Shown: positions 34,474-44,261 of the stretch, in pieces
Layout of the letters: every line of letters begins with the position of its first letter
Numbering within the stretch: the stretch's first letter is position 1
NCBI GenBank assembly: GCA_044221725.1
Contig: JBGAON010000002.1
Location: 160,001-224,000 of the forward strand
Length of the DNA stretch: 64,000 nucleotides
DNA from: Elusimicrobiota bacterium
GTDB taxonomy: Bacteria > Elusimicrobiota > Elusimicrobia > F11
Direction of reading: 5' to 3'
Notes under the pieces: model-generated
What the model saw: only the letters and a program-made list of their open reading frames with translations
Told to the model about the DNA's origin: nothing
Database searches by the model: none
Program-made: the position numbers and the translations under genes

Positions 34474-35538
34474 ATGAAAGACAAAGCCCAGAACGCTCTC
34501 GAAACTTTCCGATCCATTGACCACGAAATGGCCGCGTTGTCGTCCGCTGACACGGCGCGACTAACCGAGCTTGCGCGCGAACGCAAACGTTTGGAGCCAA
34601 TCGTCCAAGTGGCGGAGTCCTATTTAAAAGTTGAAGCCGAGCTTGAATCGTTGAACGCGATGCTGGCGGGAACCGACAAGTCCATGGCCGAATTGGCGGC
34701 CGAAGAAAAGCCGCAGGTTCAGGCCCAATTCGAGGAAATTTCTCAGAAACTCCGCAGGTTGCTGCACCCTCGCGATCCCAAAGCGGACCGCAACACCATC
34801 GTTGAAATTCGCGCCGGTGCCGGTGGCGATGAGGCTGGGCTTTTTGTCGGAGATCTGTACCGAATGTACACGCGCTTTGCGCAGTCAAAAGGTCTGTCCG
34901 TCGATACCATTACGCTGAATCCGACCGGGGTTGGGGGGCTCAAAGAAGTTATTTTTGAAGTGTCGGGTGACAACGCGTACGGATGGTTCCGCTTTGAACA
35001 AGGGGTGCACCGCGTGCAACGTGTGCCAAAGACGGAAGCGCAGGGCCGAATTCACACGTCGACCGTGACCGTGGCGGTGTTGCCGGAGCCGACCGAAGTG
35101 GAAATCAAGATTGATCCCAAAGATTTGAAGATCGACACCTATCGTTCGTCGGGCGCTGGTGGACAGCACGTGAACAAAACCGAATCCGCAATTCGCATCA
35201 CGCACATGCCGACCGGTGTGGTGGTGGCGTGCCAGGAAGAGCGTAGCCAAGGACAAAATCGCTTGCGGGCCATGGGGCTTTTGCGCGCGAAGCTTCAAGA
35301 GGCAGAAGACGATCGCCAATTTAAAGAGCGCCGCAATTTGCGGCGCAAACAGATTGGTTCGGGCGACCGTTCGGAGAAAATTCGCACGTACAATTTTCCC
35401 CAAGACCGCATTACCGATCATCGCATCAATGTATCGGTGCACAACATGGAGCATTTTTTAGCGGGGGAATTGGACGAAATGATTCAGGCGCTCGAGCTTA
35501 AAGAGCAGGAGCTTGCGGAGTCCGGAGATTTGGCATGA
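34474..35538 (+). CDS. prfA: Peptide chain release factor 1
   Basis: GVHRVQRVPKTE (PxT), GAGGQHVN, IRTYNFPQ.R.TDHR. Confidence 0.97.
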   Translation: MKDKAQNALETFRSIDHEMAALSSADTARLTELARERKRLEPIVQVAESYLKVEAELESLNAMLAGTDKSMAELAAEEKPQVQAQFEEISQKLRRLLHPRDPKADRNTIVEIRAGAGGDEAGLFVGDLYRMYTRFAQSKGLSVDTITLNPTGVGGLKEVIFEVSGDNAYGWFRFEQGVHRVQRVPKTEAQGRIHTSTVTVAVLPEPTEVEIKIDPKDLKIDTYRSSGAGGQHVNKTESAIRITHMPTGVVVACQEERSQGQNRLRAMGLLRAKLQEAEDDRQFKERRNLRRKQIGSGDRSEKIRTYNFPQDRITDHRINVSVHNMEHFLAGELDEMIQALELKEQELAESGDLA

Positions 35539-36413
35539 ACGCGCTCACATCCACAACGATCGGAGATTTGTACGCCACCGCTTGCGGCCAGTTCACGGCC
35601 GTCGGGTTTGAATCTCCCGAAATCGAAGCGCGGGCGTTGTTGACCGGGCTCTTGCGCTGTTCGGTGACGACGCTGATCGTGAGCAAGGACGAAATGGTGG
35701 ATGACGAAACGGCCACCGAATTTGGTCGCTGGGTGGCGCGCCGTCTTAACCGTGAGCCCGCGGCTTACATCATTGGTCTAAAGAATTTTATGGGATTTGA
35801 TTTGCAGGTGAACTCTCAAGTGTTGATCCCGCGGCCAGAAACAGAATTGTTGGTGGAAGATGTCTTGATGGAAATTCGCGATCGTGACTTGCAGCGTCCC
35901 AGAATTCTCGATGTCGGAACCGGTTCGGGTTGCATTGCCATCGCGCTTGCGGCGTTCGTAACAGACGCTCAAGTTCTCGCGCTTGATATTTCCCAGAATG
36001 CGCTGGATTTGGCTTCAAGAAACGCTGATCAGCATGCGGTTTCGATCGAGTTTAGAAAGAGCGATTTGTTGCGGGATTTGCATCCGGAAAAGGTGGGTGG
36101 TTTTGATATCATCGTTTCCAATCCGCCATACGTCGCATCGGCGGATCTCGTAACTCTCCAGCCCGAACTTTCGTTTGAACCGCGACACGCGTTGGATGGT
36201 GGCCTCGACGGCTTGGATTTGGTTCGACGATTGATATCCGACAGCCTCGCGTTTCTCAAGCCCAACGGACTTTTGGTTATGGAAATAGGTCACAATCAGG
36301 GAAGTCGCGTGCGTGATCTGCTTGCCGACGCGAAGTTTCAAGAAATTTGTGTGCTCAAAGACTACGACGGACACGATCGAATCGTGAAAGGACGGAAAAT
36401 TGGATCAATTTGA
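35535..36413 (+). CDS. prmC: Release factor glutamine methyltransferase
   Basis: LIPRPETE, DVGTGSGCI, SNPPY. Confidence 0.96.
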   Translation: MNALTSTTIGDLYATACGQFTAVGFESPEIEARALLTGLLRCSVTTLIVSKDEMVDDETATEFGRWVARRLNREPAAYIIGLKNFMGFDLQVNSQVLIPRPETELLVEDVLMEIRDRDLQRPRILDVGTGSGCIAIALAAFVTDAQVLALDISQNALDLASRNADQHAVSIEFRKSDLLRDLHPEKVGGFDIIVSNPPYVASADLVTLQPELSFEPRHALDGGLDGLDLVRRLISDSLAFLKPNGLLVMEIGHNQGSRVRDLLADAKFQEICVLKDYDGHDRIVKGRKIGSI

Positions 36414-37653
36414 AATAACGGGTGGCGCGAAACTCAAAGGGAGCGTCACGATTTCAGGTTCAAAAAATGCGGCGCTGCCTTGTTTGTTTGCGACGTTGCT
36501 CACCGACGAAAAATGCGTTCTTGAACAGGTTCCAGAGCTTGCGGATATCGACACCTCCCTAAAACTTCTCGTCACGCTCGGCAAAAAAGTTGAACGGAAA
36601 GGCCACGTCGTCACGATTTCGAAAGGAAAAAAACTTACCGGGCACGCGCCCTATGAATTGGTTCGTCGCATGCGCGCGAGCGTGCTGGTGATGGGGCCTC
36701 TGTTGGCCCGCCGCAAACGCGCGCAGGTGAGCATGCCTGGCGGATGCGCGATCGGTGCGCGGCCCGTCAATTATCACTTGGACGGTTTTGAACGCATGGG
36801 CGTTGAGATCCGGATCCATGAAGGGTATGTCGATTCGAAAACAAAAGGGCTGCAAGGGGCCTTGATTCCGTTGCCGTACCCGAGCGTTGGTGCGACCGAG
36901 AATTTGTTGATGGCCGCCGCGCTCGCCGATGGAACAACGATAATTCAGAACGCGGCTCGCGAACCCGAGGTCGTCGATTTGGGCCGAATGCTGCAGCAAA
37001 TGGGGGCTTCGATTCGCGGGCTTGAAACGTCCGAAATTGTCGTGCAAGGCGTGAAATCGCTTTCCGGCGTGCGCCACCGTGTGATTCCGGACCGAATTGA
37101 AGCGGGCACATTCTTGATTGCGACGGCCGCCACGAAAGGCGACGTGCTGCTCGAAAATGTCGATTTGTCGCATCTCACAAAAGTCGTGCAGATGCTCGAG
37201 AAAACCGGTCTTTCAATTAAAAAAGAAGGCGACGCCGTTCGGGTGAAATGGGTGAAGCCGCTCAAGCCGGTCGGAATTCAGACAGACGTTTTCCCTGGAT
37301 TTCCGACCGACATGCAGGCGCAGTGGATTGCGCTCATGAGCGTCACGAAAGGTTCGTGCGTGATCAAAGAAACTGTTTTTGAAAACCGATTCTTGCACGT
37401 GCAAGAACTCATGCGTTTTGGCGCGAACATTGAGTTGAGCGGTCGCGACGCGCGCGTGAAAGGCGTGGATCAATTGTCCGGTTGCAGTTGCATGGTGAGC
37501 GATCTGCGCGCCGGGGCCGCCCTCGTGATCGCGGGCCTCGCCGCCGAAGGAAAAACGACGGTGCTTCGCGTATATCACCTTGATCGTGGCTACGAAAAGA
37601 TGGAGAAAAAATTGCAGAAGCTTGGCGTGAAAATAAAACGGGTGTCCAAGTGA
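36400..37653 (+). CDS. murA: UDP-N-acetylglucosamine 1-carboxyvinyltransferase
   Basis: GSKNAALP, MRAS, PGGCAIG.RP (Cys present), SVGATEN, FPTD.Q, DLRAGA, DRGYE. Confidence 0.97.
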   Translation: MDQFEITGGAKLKGSVTISGSKNAALPCLFATLLTDEKCVLEQVPELADIDTSLKLLVTLGKKVERKGHVVTISKGKKLTGHAPYELVRRMRASVLVMGPLLARRKRAQVSMPGGCAIGARPVNYHLDGFERMGVEIRIHEGYVDSKTKGLQGALIPLPYPSVGATENLLMAAALADGTTIIQNAAREPEVVDLGRMLQQMGASIRGLETSEIVVQGVKSLSGVRHRVIPDRIEAGTFLIATAATKGDVLLENVDLSHLTKVVQMLEKTGLSIKKEGDAVRVKWVKPLKPVGIQTDVFPGFPTDMQAQWIALMSVTKGSCVIKETVFENRFLHVQELMRFGANIELSGRDARVKGVDQLSGCSCMVSDLRAGAALVIAGLAAEGKTTVLRVYHLDRGYEKMEKKLQKLGVKIKRVSK

Positions 37654-38837
37654 GCAACGTTTCAAAAATTGTTGCTGACGTTATAAGTACCGTTCGCGCG
37701 AAGGGCGACGATGCACTGATCGCGTTTATGAAGAAGTTCGACAAGGTGAGCTTGTCGGCCCGGCAAATTCGTGTGCCCGAAGACCAGATCCAGAATGCGC
37801 CGAAGAATATCCCGTCCGAAATGAAGCGCGCGCTCGAGGCCTGCGCGCGGCGCATTCAAGAATTTCATTATCAAGAAAAGAAACACGCACCCGAATCGTG
37901 GACGTACGTGAAAGATGGCGTGCGGCTCGGGCAAATTTACAGCCCGCTCAGTTCCGTTGGCGTGTATGTTCCCGGCGGGCGTTTTTCGTATCCGTCGACA
38001 CTTCTTATGACGGCGATTCCGGCGCGGCTCGCCGGCGTTGAGCGGATTGCGGTCGTGACACCGCCGGCTCGCTTGTCCGATGAAATTTTGGCGGCCGCAC
38101 AAATTGCCGGTGTGACGGAGGTGTACAAAGTCGGTGGGCCCGCGGCGATCGCCGCACTCGCCATTGGAACAAAAACGATTGCACCGGTGGATCTCATTGT
38201 TGGACCTGGGAATGCGCTCGTGACCGAAGCGAAGCGCCAACTTTTCGGTGAAGTGGGAATTGATTTGCTTGCGGGACCGAGCGAACTCGTCGTGTTGGCC
38301 GACGATTCGGCGAACGCCGAATTTGTTGCGGCGGACATGGCCGCGCAAGCCGAGCACGATCCGGATTCGCGCAGCGTTTTGATTTCGTTATCAAAAACGC
38401 TCGCGAAAAAAGTGAAGGCGGCGGTTCCTAAAGAGGTCGTGGCACAGTGCGAATTTATTCACGAATCGGATGTCTACCGGGCGGCCGGCATTGCAAATAA
38501 GTTGGCCGGCGAGCACGTGCAGGTCATGGTGCGGCGACCACAGCATTTTTTGGATTCGCTGAAGAACGGTGGAACATTCTTTTTGAACAACTGGTCACCG
38601 GCCGTCATGGGAGATTACTGGGCGGGGCCGAGTCATGTTTTGCCCACGGGCCGCTCGGCGCGTTTCGGTTCAGGGCTTTCGGTGATGACCTTTCTGCGCC
38701 GATCGAGTTTGGTGGATGTGTCGACGGCCGCGTTTAAGAAAGGCGCGCCGGCGGCGCTGCAGATGGCCGAGACCGAAGGCCTTAAGAATCATGCGCGCGC
38801 CATCAAAATAAGGATGATGAACGAGGAGGGCAATTAG
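37650..38837 (+). CDS. hisD: Histidinol dehydrogenase
   Basis: G.YVPGG, GPGN, AGPSE, QAEHD, EH, GDY.AGPSHVLPT. Confidence 0.94.
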   Translation: MSNVSKIVADVISTVRAKGDDALIAFMKKFDKVSLSARQIRVPEDQIQNAPKNIPSEMKRALEACARRIQEFHYQEKKHAPESWTYVKDGVRLGQIYSPLSSVGVYVPGGRFSYPSTLLMTAIPARLAGVERIAVVTPPARLSDEILAAAQIAGVTEVYKVGGPAAIAALAIGTKTIAPVDLIVGPGNALVTEAKRQLFGEVGIDLLAGPSELVVLADDSANAEFVAADMAAQAEHDPDSRSVLISLSKTLAKKVKAAVPKEVVAQCEFIHESDVYRAAGIANKLAGEHVQVMVRRPQHFLDSLKNGGTFFLNNWSPAVMGDYWAGPSHVLPTGRSARFGSGLSVMTFLRRSSLVDVSTAAFKKGAPAALQMAETEGLKNHARAIKIRMMNEEGN

Positions 38838-38842
38838 TCGTC

Positions 38843-38857
38843 ACATTCCAGGGCGAC
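38843..38857. repeat. REP-like remnant identical to 34437-34451
   Basis: acattccagggcgac, an exact 15-bp match. Confidence 0.55.
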
Positions 38858-38870
38858 CGATAGGGAGACA

Positions 38871-39461
38871 ATGAAAAAAAGAACCGCAACAAAACACCGC
38901 GTCACAAAAGAAACGGACGTGAATCTTTCTGTGAACTTGGATGGGCAGGGAAAATACGACGTAGCGACGACCCTCCCGTTCCTGGATCACATGCTTGAGT
39001 TGTTTTCAAAACACAGTTTGATCGATTTGAAAGTGAAAGCGAAAGGCGACACGCACATTGATGCGCATCATCTCGTTGAAGACATTGGAATCACGCTCGG
39101 AAGCGCGATCGACGAAGCGCTCGGCGATAAAAAAGGCGTGCAGCGTTATGGGTTTTTCTTGTTACCGATGGACGAGGCGTTGTCGTACGTGACGCTCGAT
39201 TTGTCGGGACGTCCGTGGGTGGAGTACGAGGTTCCGTGTTTCAAAATGGACTGGAAAACGTTCGACCTTGATCTGCTTGAGGATTTTTTCCGCGCGCTCG
39301 GCACCGTGGCGCGAATGAACTTGCACATCAAATTGCTGCGTGGGCGAAACAATCACCACATGGCCGAAGCGATTTTCAAGGCGTTCGGCAAAGCCTTATC
39401 GATGGCAATCGCAAAAGACCAACGATATAAAGGAATGCCATCAACGAAGGGCAGTTTGTGA
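38871..39461 (+). CDS. hisB: Imidazoleglycerol-phosphate dehydratase
   Basis: FLDHML, DAHHLVED, PMDEAL, NNHHMAEA.FKA, PSTKG. Confidence 0.97.
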   Translation: MKKRTATKHRVTKETDVNLSVNLDGQGKYDVATTLPFLDHMLELFSKHSLIDLKVKAKGDTHIDAHHLVEDIGITLGSAIDEALGDKKGVQRYGFFLLPMDEALSYVTLDLSGRPWVEYEVPCFKMDWKTFDLDLLEDFFRALGTVARMNLHIKLLRGRNNHHMAEAIFKAFGKALSMAIAKDQRYKGMPSTKGSL

Positions 39462-39479
39462 ACAATATTTATTTCCAAA

Positions 39480-39562
39480 TCCCTCTCCCTGAAGAGAGAG
39501 GGCTGGGAGAGGGAAACCGCGCCCTTTGCCCTCCCCTTAATCCCCTCCCTGAAGGGAGGGGA
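39480..39562. repeat. Inverted pair of CCCTCTCCC/GGGAGAGGG REP-like hairpins
   Basis: tccctctccctgaagagagagggctgggagaggg ... ccctccccttaatcccctccctgaagggagggga. Confidence 0.7.
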
Positions 39563-39564
39563 GG

Positions 39565-40197
39565 ATGAACGAACGATCGATCGGTGTTGTTGATTACGAA
39601 ATGGGGAACCTGCACAGCGTTGCGAAGGCGTTAGCAACGACGGGTTCGCGCGTGTTCGTCAGCAATCAGACATCGAAGCTGAAGGCCGCCGACATCCTCG
39701 TGTTGCCGGGCGTTGGATCGTTTGGTGCAGCGATGCGGAATCTATCAAAGAAGAAATTGGACGGCTTCGTTCAGAACTGGATTATTGATGACCGACCGTT
39801 TCTTGGAATTTGTTTGGGACTTCAACTCTTGTTCGAACGCAGCGAGGAGTCGCCGCGCGTTCGCGGACTCGGCGTGTTCAAAGGCGATGTCGTGCGTTTT
39901 CGTTCGGCTGATTTTAAACGCAAGAAACTTCAGATCCCACACATGGGCTGGAACAACGCAACGCCGGCACAGTCCAATACGCTTGGTATAAATGATTCGG
40001 ATTATTTTTATTTTGTTCACTCGTATTTTCCGGAGCCGGAGTACAAAAAAGATGTTTTCACGGTGACAAATTACGGGCGTCCGTTTTGTTCGGCAGTGTC
40101 GCGGGGAAATCTTGTGGCAACGCAATATCATCCGGAAAAAAGCGGAGACATGGGGCTGAAGCTTCTGAAAAATTTCGTGCGCGCGAGAAAGTCATGA
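39565..40197 (+). CDS. hisH: Imidazole glycerol phosphate synthase, glutaminase subunit
   Basis: DY.MGNL.SV, LPGVG, GICLG.Q, PHMGWN, YFVHSY, QYHPEKS. Confidence 0.96.
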   Translation: MNERSIGVVDYEMGNLHSVAKALATTGSRVFVSNQTSKLKAADILVLPGVGSFGAAMRNLSKKKLDGFVQNWIIDDRPFLGICLGLQLLFERSEESPRVRGLGVFKGDVVRFRSADFKRKKLQIPHMGWNNATPAQSNTLGINDSDYFYFVHSYFPEPEYKKDVFTVTNYGRPFCSAVSRGNLVATQYHPEKSGDMGLKLLKNFVRARKS

Positions 40198-40910
40198 TTG
40201 TTATTCCAGCGATTGATTTGCGCGGCGGCAAATGCGTGCGGTTGCGCCACGGTGATTTGAGTCAGGAAACGGTTTATTCCGACGATCCGGTGGCCGTGGC
40301 GAAAAAATGGCAGGACGCGGGCGCCGAGCGTTTGCACGTGATTGATTTGGATGGTGCGTTCTGCGGAGAACCAAAAAACCTGGATTGGATCGTTCGAATT
40401 AAGAAAGAAACAAATATGGTGATTCAAACCGGTGGTGGGCTTCGAAAACTGGAAACGATCGAAAAGATTTTGGATGCCGGGATTGACAGTGCCATTCTTG
40501 GCACGATCATTCTTGAGGAAGCGGGTCTCGCGAAATTGGCGTTTGATAAATACAGCGCGCATATTATGGTGGCGCTTGACGTGAAAAACGGTCACGTGGC
40601 CGTTCGCGGATGGAAAGACGATTCGGGCTGCCCACTGAACGATGCGATTGCCATTGTTGAGAAATTGGGGGGTCGCGAAGTGATCTATACGGACATTAGT
40701 CGCGATGGCACGCTCGAGGGTGTGAATATCAAAAGCGTGTCCGACGTAATGGCACTGACAAAATTGCAAATCATCGCCTCCGGCGGTGTGTCAACGCTGC
40801 AAGACGTACAGCGGCTTAAAACTCTCGGTGTGCCTGCGTGCATCGTGGGCAAAGCGATTTACGAAGGAAAGCTGAAGCTTAAAGAAGCGATCGAGCTCGC
40901 GGCGACCTAA
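40194..40910 (+). CDS. hisA: ProFAR isomerase
   Basis: [36 protein letters not shown]. Confidence 0.96.
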   Translation: MIVIPAIDLRGGKCVRLRHGDLSQETVYSDDPVAVAKKWQDAGAERLHVIDLDGAFCGEPKNLDWIVRIKKETNMVIQTGGGLRKLETIEKILDAGIDSAILGTIILEEAGLAKLAFDKYSAHIMVALDVKNGHVAVRGWKDDSGCPLNDAIAIVEKLGGREVIYTDISRDGTLEGVNIKSVSDVMALTKLQIIASGGVSTLQDVQRLKTLGVPACIVGKAIYEGKLKLKEAIELAAT

Positions 40911-41680
40911 TGCTGGCTAAGCGGATTATCCCCTGTCTCGACGTTGATAAGGGACGCGTCGTCAAGGGCACGCGCTTTCTGAATCTGCGTGACGCGGGCG
41001 ACCCCGTCGAGATTTCGAAGCGATACAACAAAGAAGGCGCGGACGAACTTGTGTTCTTGGATATCACCGCGAGCTCGGATAAGCGAAATATTTTGTTGGA
41101 TGTTGTTCGAAAGACAGCCGAACAAGTTTTCATTCCGCTGACCGTGGGCGGTGGTGTTCGGACCGTTGACGATTTTCGGATTTTGCTTTCCGCGGGGGCT
41201 GACAAGGTTTCAATTAACACGGCCGCTATTAAGACACCGCAACTTATTAACGATGCGGCCAAGAGGTTCGGTAACCAGTGCGTTGTGGTCGCCATTGATG
41301 CCAAACGTCGCAAAAAGGGCCGATGGGAAGTATTTATCCATGGAGGACGCACATCCACCGGTATTGATGTGGTGCGCTGGGCCAAAGAAGCGGAGCGTCG
41401 CGGTGCCGGCGAGATTTTATTGACCAGCATGGACGCCGACGGAACGAAAGCCGGCTACGATGTTGAATTAACGCGGGCGGTGGCGCGGGCGGTGGAAATT
41501 CCCGTTATCGCGTCGGGCGGAGCCGGTACAAAAAAACATTTTGCTGATGCATTTCGCGTTGGCGCGAGCGCTGCTCTTGCTGCGTCGCTTTTTCACTTTA
41601 AGGAATTGGATATTTCTGAGCTCAAGAAGTTTTTGAAAGCCCAACGAATTCCGATTCGGGCTGTAAGCCATAAGCTGTAA
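40910..41680 (+). CDS. hisF: Imidazole glycerol phosphate synthase, cyclase subunit
   Basis: [41 protein letters not shown]. Confidence 0.97.
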   Translation: MLAKRIIPCLDVDKGRVVKGTRFLNLRDAGDPVEISKRYNKEGADELVFLDITASSDKRNILLDVVRKTAEQVFIPLTVGGGVRTVDDFRILLSAGADKVSINTAAIKTPQLINDAAKRFGNQCVVVAIDAKRRKKGRWEVFIHGGRTSTGIDVVRWAKEAERRGAGEILLTSMDADGTKAGYDVELTRAVARAVEIPVIASGGAGTKKHFADAFRVGASAALAASLFHFKELDISELKKFLKAQRIPIRAVSHKL

Positions 41681-41718
41681 GTAGCTGGCTTACGGCTTAT
41701 AGCTTAAAGCTTATAGCC
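41659..41718. repeat. Inverted heptamer-repeat hairpin (GCTRTAA / GCTTAYA units)
   Basis: gctgtaa gccataa gctgtaa gtagctg gcttacg gcttata gcttaaa gcttata; overlaps the last codons of hisF. Confidence 0.75.
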
Positions 41719-41722
41719 TGTA

Positions 41723-42136
41723 ATGGAGGAACAAATGACACAAACAAAAGAATTCGACTTATCGGACATCAAGTTTGATTCAAACGGCCTGGTGCCGGCG
41801 ATTGCGCAGGATCACAAAGACGGAACGATCCTGATGCTCGCCTACATGAATTTGGAGTCGCTAAAGATGACGCTTCAAACGGGCACCGCCGTTTATTGGA
41901 GTCGGTCCCGCCAGAAGTTTTGGAAGAAAGGCGAAGAGTCCGGCAATGTGCAGCAAGTGAAAGGGCTGTACAAAGATTGTGATTCGGATGCGATTTTAAT
42001 CAAAGTGGAGCAAATCGGCGGCGCCGCGTGCCACACGGGACAGCGTAGCTGCTTTTATCGTCAATCCCAATCGGACGGAACATGGAAAGAAATTTCACAA
42101 CCGTTATTCGATCCGAAGGCCGTTTATAAAAAATAG
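41723..42136 (+). CDS. hisI: Phosphoribosyl-AMP cyclohydrolase (monofunctional)
   Basis: [32 protein letters not shown]. Confidence 0.96.
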   Translation: MEEQMTQTKEFDLSDIKFDSNGLVPAIAQDHKDGTILMLAYMNLESLKMTLQTGTAVYWSRSRQKFWKKGEESGNVQQVKGLYKDCDSDAILIKVEQIGGAACHTGQRSCFYRQSQSDGTWKEISQPLFDPKAVYKK

Positions 42137-43635
42137 TGGAAATCCGACCGTCTTTTAACGAATTCAAGAAGCTCGCGCGGAAGGGAAACCTCGTCCCCGT
42201 TTTCGCGGACATTTTGGCCGACACCGTGACGCCGGTCTCTTTGCTTGCGTCCCAGTGGGACAAGAGTCGGCACTGTTTTTTGCTTGAAAGTGTGGAAGGC
42301 GGAGAAAAGATTGGTCGTTACTCGATTGTTTCGTTCGATCCGTACGCGGTGGTCGAAGAACGGGACGGTGGCTCAACGTTTTCGTCGGATGGAGAAAACT
42401 TTCTTTTCTTGCCCCGGCCGGGTATCGACACGCTGGCGGCGTACATGCGTCGTGTCAAACCGGTGGATGTTCCGGGAGTGCCTCGATTTTATGGAGGCGC
42501 TGTGGGTTACATGTCGTACGAGACCGTGCAGGGAATGGAGCGTTTGCCTCACACGAAACTCAATGTGCGCGGATGGCCCGAAGCCACGTTTCTTATTACG
42601 CGAGACCTGTTCGTGTTCGACAACACGCAACAGTTACTGAAAGTCATTACGTGTGTAGCGATTGATGGCAAGAAAAGCCTTCGCGCGATCTACAATGCGG
42701 CCTGCAGAAAAATCGCAAACAACGTAAAGGTTGTTCGTTCGAGCCGGAAAGATTCGGTGCTTCAACAAAAAAACGGCAAGAAAAAAACACAACCGTTTCG
42801 ATCGAACATGACGCGAAGCGCGTATATGGACGCCGTCAAAAAAGCCAAGGAGCACATTGGAAAAGGCGACATCATCCAAGTGGTTATCTCGCGACGGCAA
42901 GAAAAAGAAACATTTGTTTCGCCTCTGAATATTTACCGCGCGTTGCGTGTTGTAAATCCATCGCCGTACATGTACGTGATGAAGTTGAGGGATCGTGCGA
43001 TTATTGGATCGAGCCCCGAACAGCTGGTTCGGCTCGAGAATGGAGTTGCGACGACGCGGCCGATTGCCGGTACGAGACAGCGCGGGCGCTCGTTTGAAGA
43101 AGACGAAAAGCTTGCGATTGAATTGATGAAAGATCCGAAAGAACGCGCCGAGCATTTGATGCTCGTCGATTTGGGACGCAACGATCTCGGACGTGTGTGT
43201 CGCTACGGCACCGTGCGCGTTCCAAAACTTATGGAAGTGGAGCGCTATTCGCACGTGATGCACATCGTGTCCGAGGTGAGCGGCAAGTTAAAGTCCGGTA
43301 TGGACTCGTTTGATCTTCTGAAAGCGGTTTTTCCGGCCGGAACGGTGGCCGGTGCTCCAAAAATTCGCGCGATGGAAATTATTGATGATCTCGAAACGGA
43401 TCAGCGCGGTCCCTACGCCGGGGCGCTCGGTTATTTTTCGTATTCGGGAAATATGGACATGGCCATTACGATCCGTACGATCTTATGGAACAACGGCCAC
43501 GTGTCGATTCAAACGGGAGCGGGTCTTGTCGCGGATTCCGACCCGGCGAAAGAATATTTGGAAACGGAGAACAAAGCGGCGGGTGTCAAGCGCGCGGTTG
43601 AGCTTGCCGAAAGCGGCCGCTTGTTTGGAAATTAG
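42136..43635 (+). CDS. trpE: Anthranilate synthase component I
   Basis: LLES, NPSPY, PIAGTR, EH.MLVDLGRNDLG, FPAGT..GAPK.RAM. Confidence 0.95.
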   Translation: MEIRPSFNEFKKLARKGNLVPVFADILADTVTPVSLLASQWDKSRHCFLLESVEGGEKIGRYSIVSFDPYAVVEERDGGSTFSSDGENFLFLPRPGIDTLAAYMRRVKPVDVPGVPRFYGGAVGYMSYETVQGMERLPHTKLNVRGWPEATFLITRDLFVFDNTQQLLKVITCVAIDGKKSLRAIYNAACRKIANNVKVVRSSRKDSVLQQKNGKKKTQPFRSNMTRSAYMDAVKKAKEHIGKGDIIQVVISRRQEKETFVSPLNIYRALRVVNPSPYMYVMKLRDRAIIGSSPEQLVRLENGVATTRPIAGTRQRGRSFEEDEKLAIELMKDPKERAEHLMLVDLGRNDLGRVCRYGTVRVPKLMEVERYSHVMHIVSEVSGKLKSGMDSFDLLKAVFPAGTVAGAPKIRAMEIIDDLETDQRGPYAGALGYFSYSGNMDMAITIRTILWNNGHVSIQTGAGLVADSDPAKEYLETENKAAGVKRAVELAESGRLFGN

Positions 43636-43642
43636 GTGACGT

Positions 43643-44215
43643 ATGATCTTGATGATTGATAATTACGATTCGTTTACTTACAACATCGTCCAGTATCTGG
43701 GGGAGCTTGGTGCGGATTTGAAAGTTGTGCGCAACGACGAGATCGATATAAAGGCGATTGAAAAAATGAATCCGTCGCATATTATTTTGTCGCCGGGACC
43801 CGGTCGGCCGGAAAATGCCGGCATCATGGTTGATGCGATTAAATATTTTGCTGGAAAAATACCCATCTTTGGTGTGTGTCTCGGTCACCAAGCAATTTGC
43901 CATGCGTTTGGCGGAAATATTGTGCGTGCGAAGCGGCTCATGCACGGAAAAACGTCCGAAATAATTCACGATAACAAGGGCGTGTTTGCAGGCTTGCCGC
44001 AAAAATTCTCGGCCACGCGTTATCATTCTCTGCTGGCCGAGCCGTCGTCGATCAAAAAAGATTTTGTCATTACCGCCAAAACATTGAAAGGCGAAGTCAT
44101 GGGGGCACGACACAAAAAAATCAAAGCGCTCGAAGGTGTGCAGTTTCACCCGGAATCCATTTTGACCGAAGGCGGAAAAACGATCCTCGCGAATTTCTTA
44201 AGAATGAAGGTATAA
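43643..44215 (+). CDS. trpG: Anthranilate synthase component II
   Basis: IDNYDSFTYN, SPGPG, GVCLGHQ, RYHSL, QFHPES. Confidence 0.95.
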   Translation: MILMIDNYDSFTYNIVQYLGELGADLKVVRNDEIDIKAIEKMNPSHIILSPGPGRPENAGIMVDAIKYFAGKIPIFGVCLGHQAICHAFGGNIVRAKRLMHGKTSEIIHDNKGVFAGLPQKFSATRYHSLLAEPSSIKKDFVITAKTLKGEVMGARHKKIKALEGVQFHPESILTEGGKTILANFLRMKV

Positions 44216-44217
44216 AG

Positions 44218-44249
44218 TTCGTCGTTCCCGCCTGCGCGAAGGCGACGAA
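44218..44249. repeat. Short intergenic hairpin (REP-like remnant or terminator/pause)
   Basis: ttcgtcg-ttcccgcctgcgcgaagg-cgacgaa between trpG and trpD. Confidence 0.4.
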
Positions 44250-44261
44250 AGTAAGCTAACT

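Noticed and set aside
41659..41718. Short repeats as a CRISPR array
   Set aside because: 7-nt tandem units with no unique spacers and no cas genes; the same applies to 24769-24807.
44216..44261. Hairpin between trpG and trpD as a trp attenuator
   Set aside because: Internal to the operon, with no leader peptide, Trp codons or U-tract.
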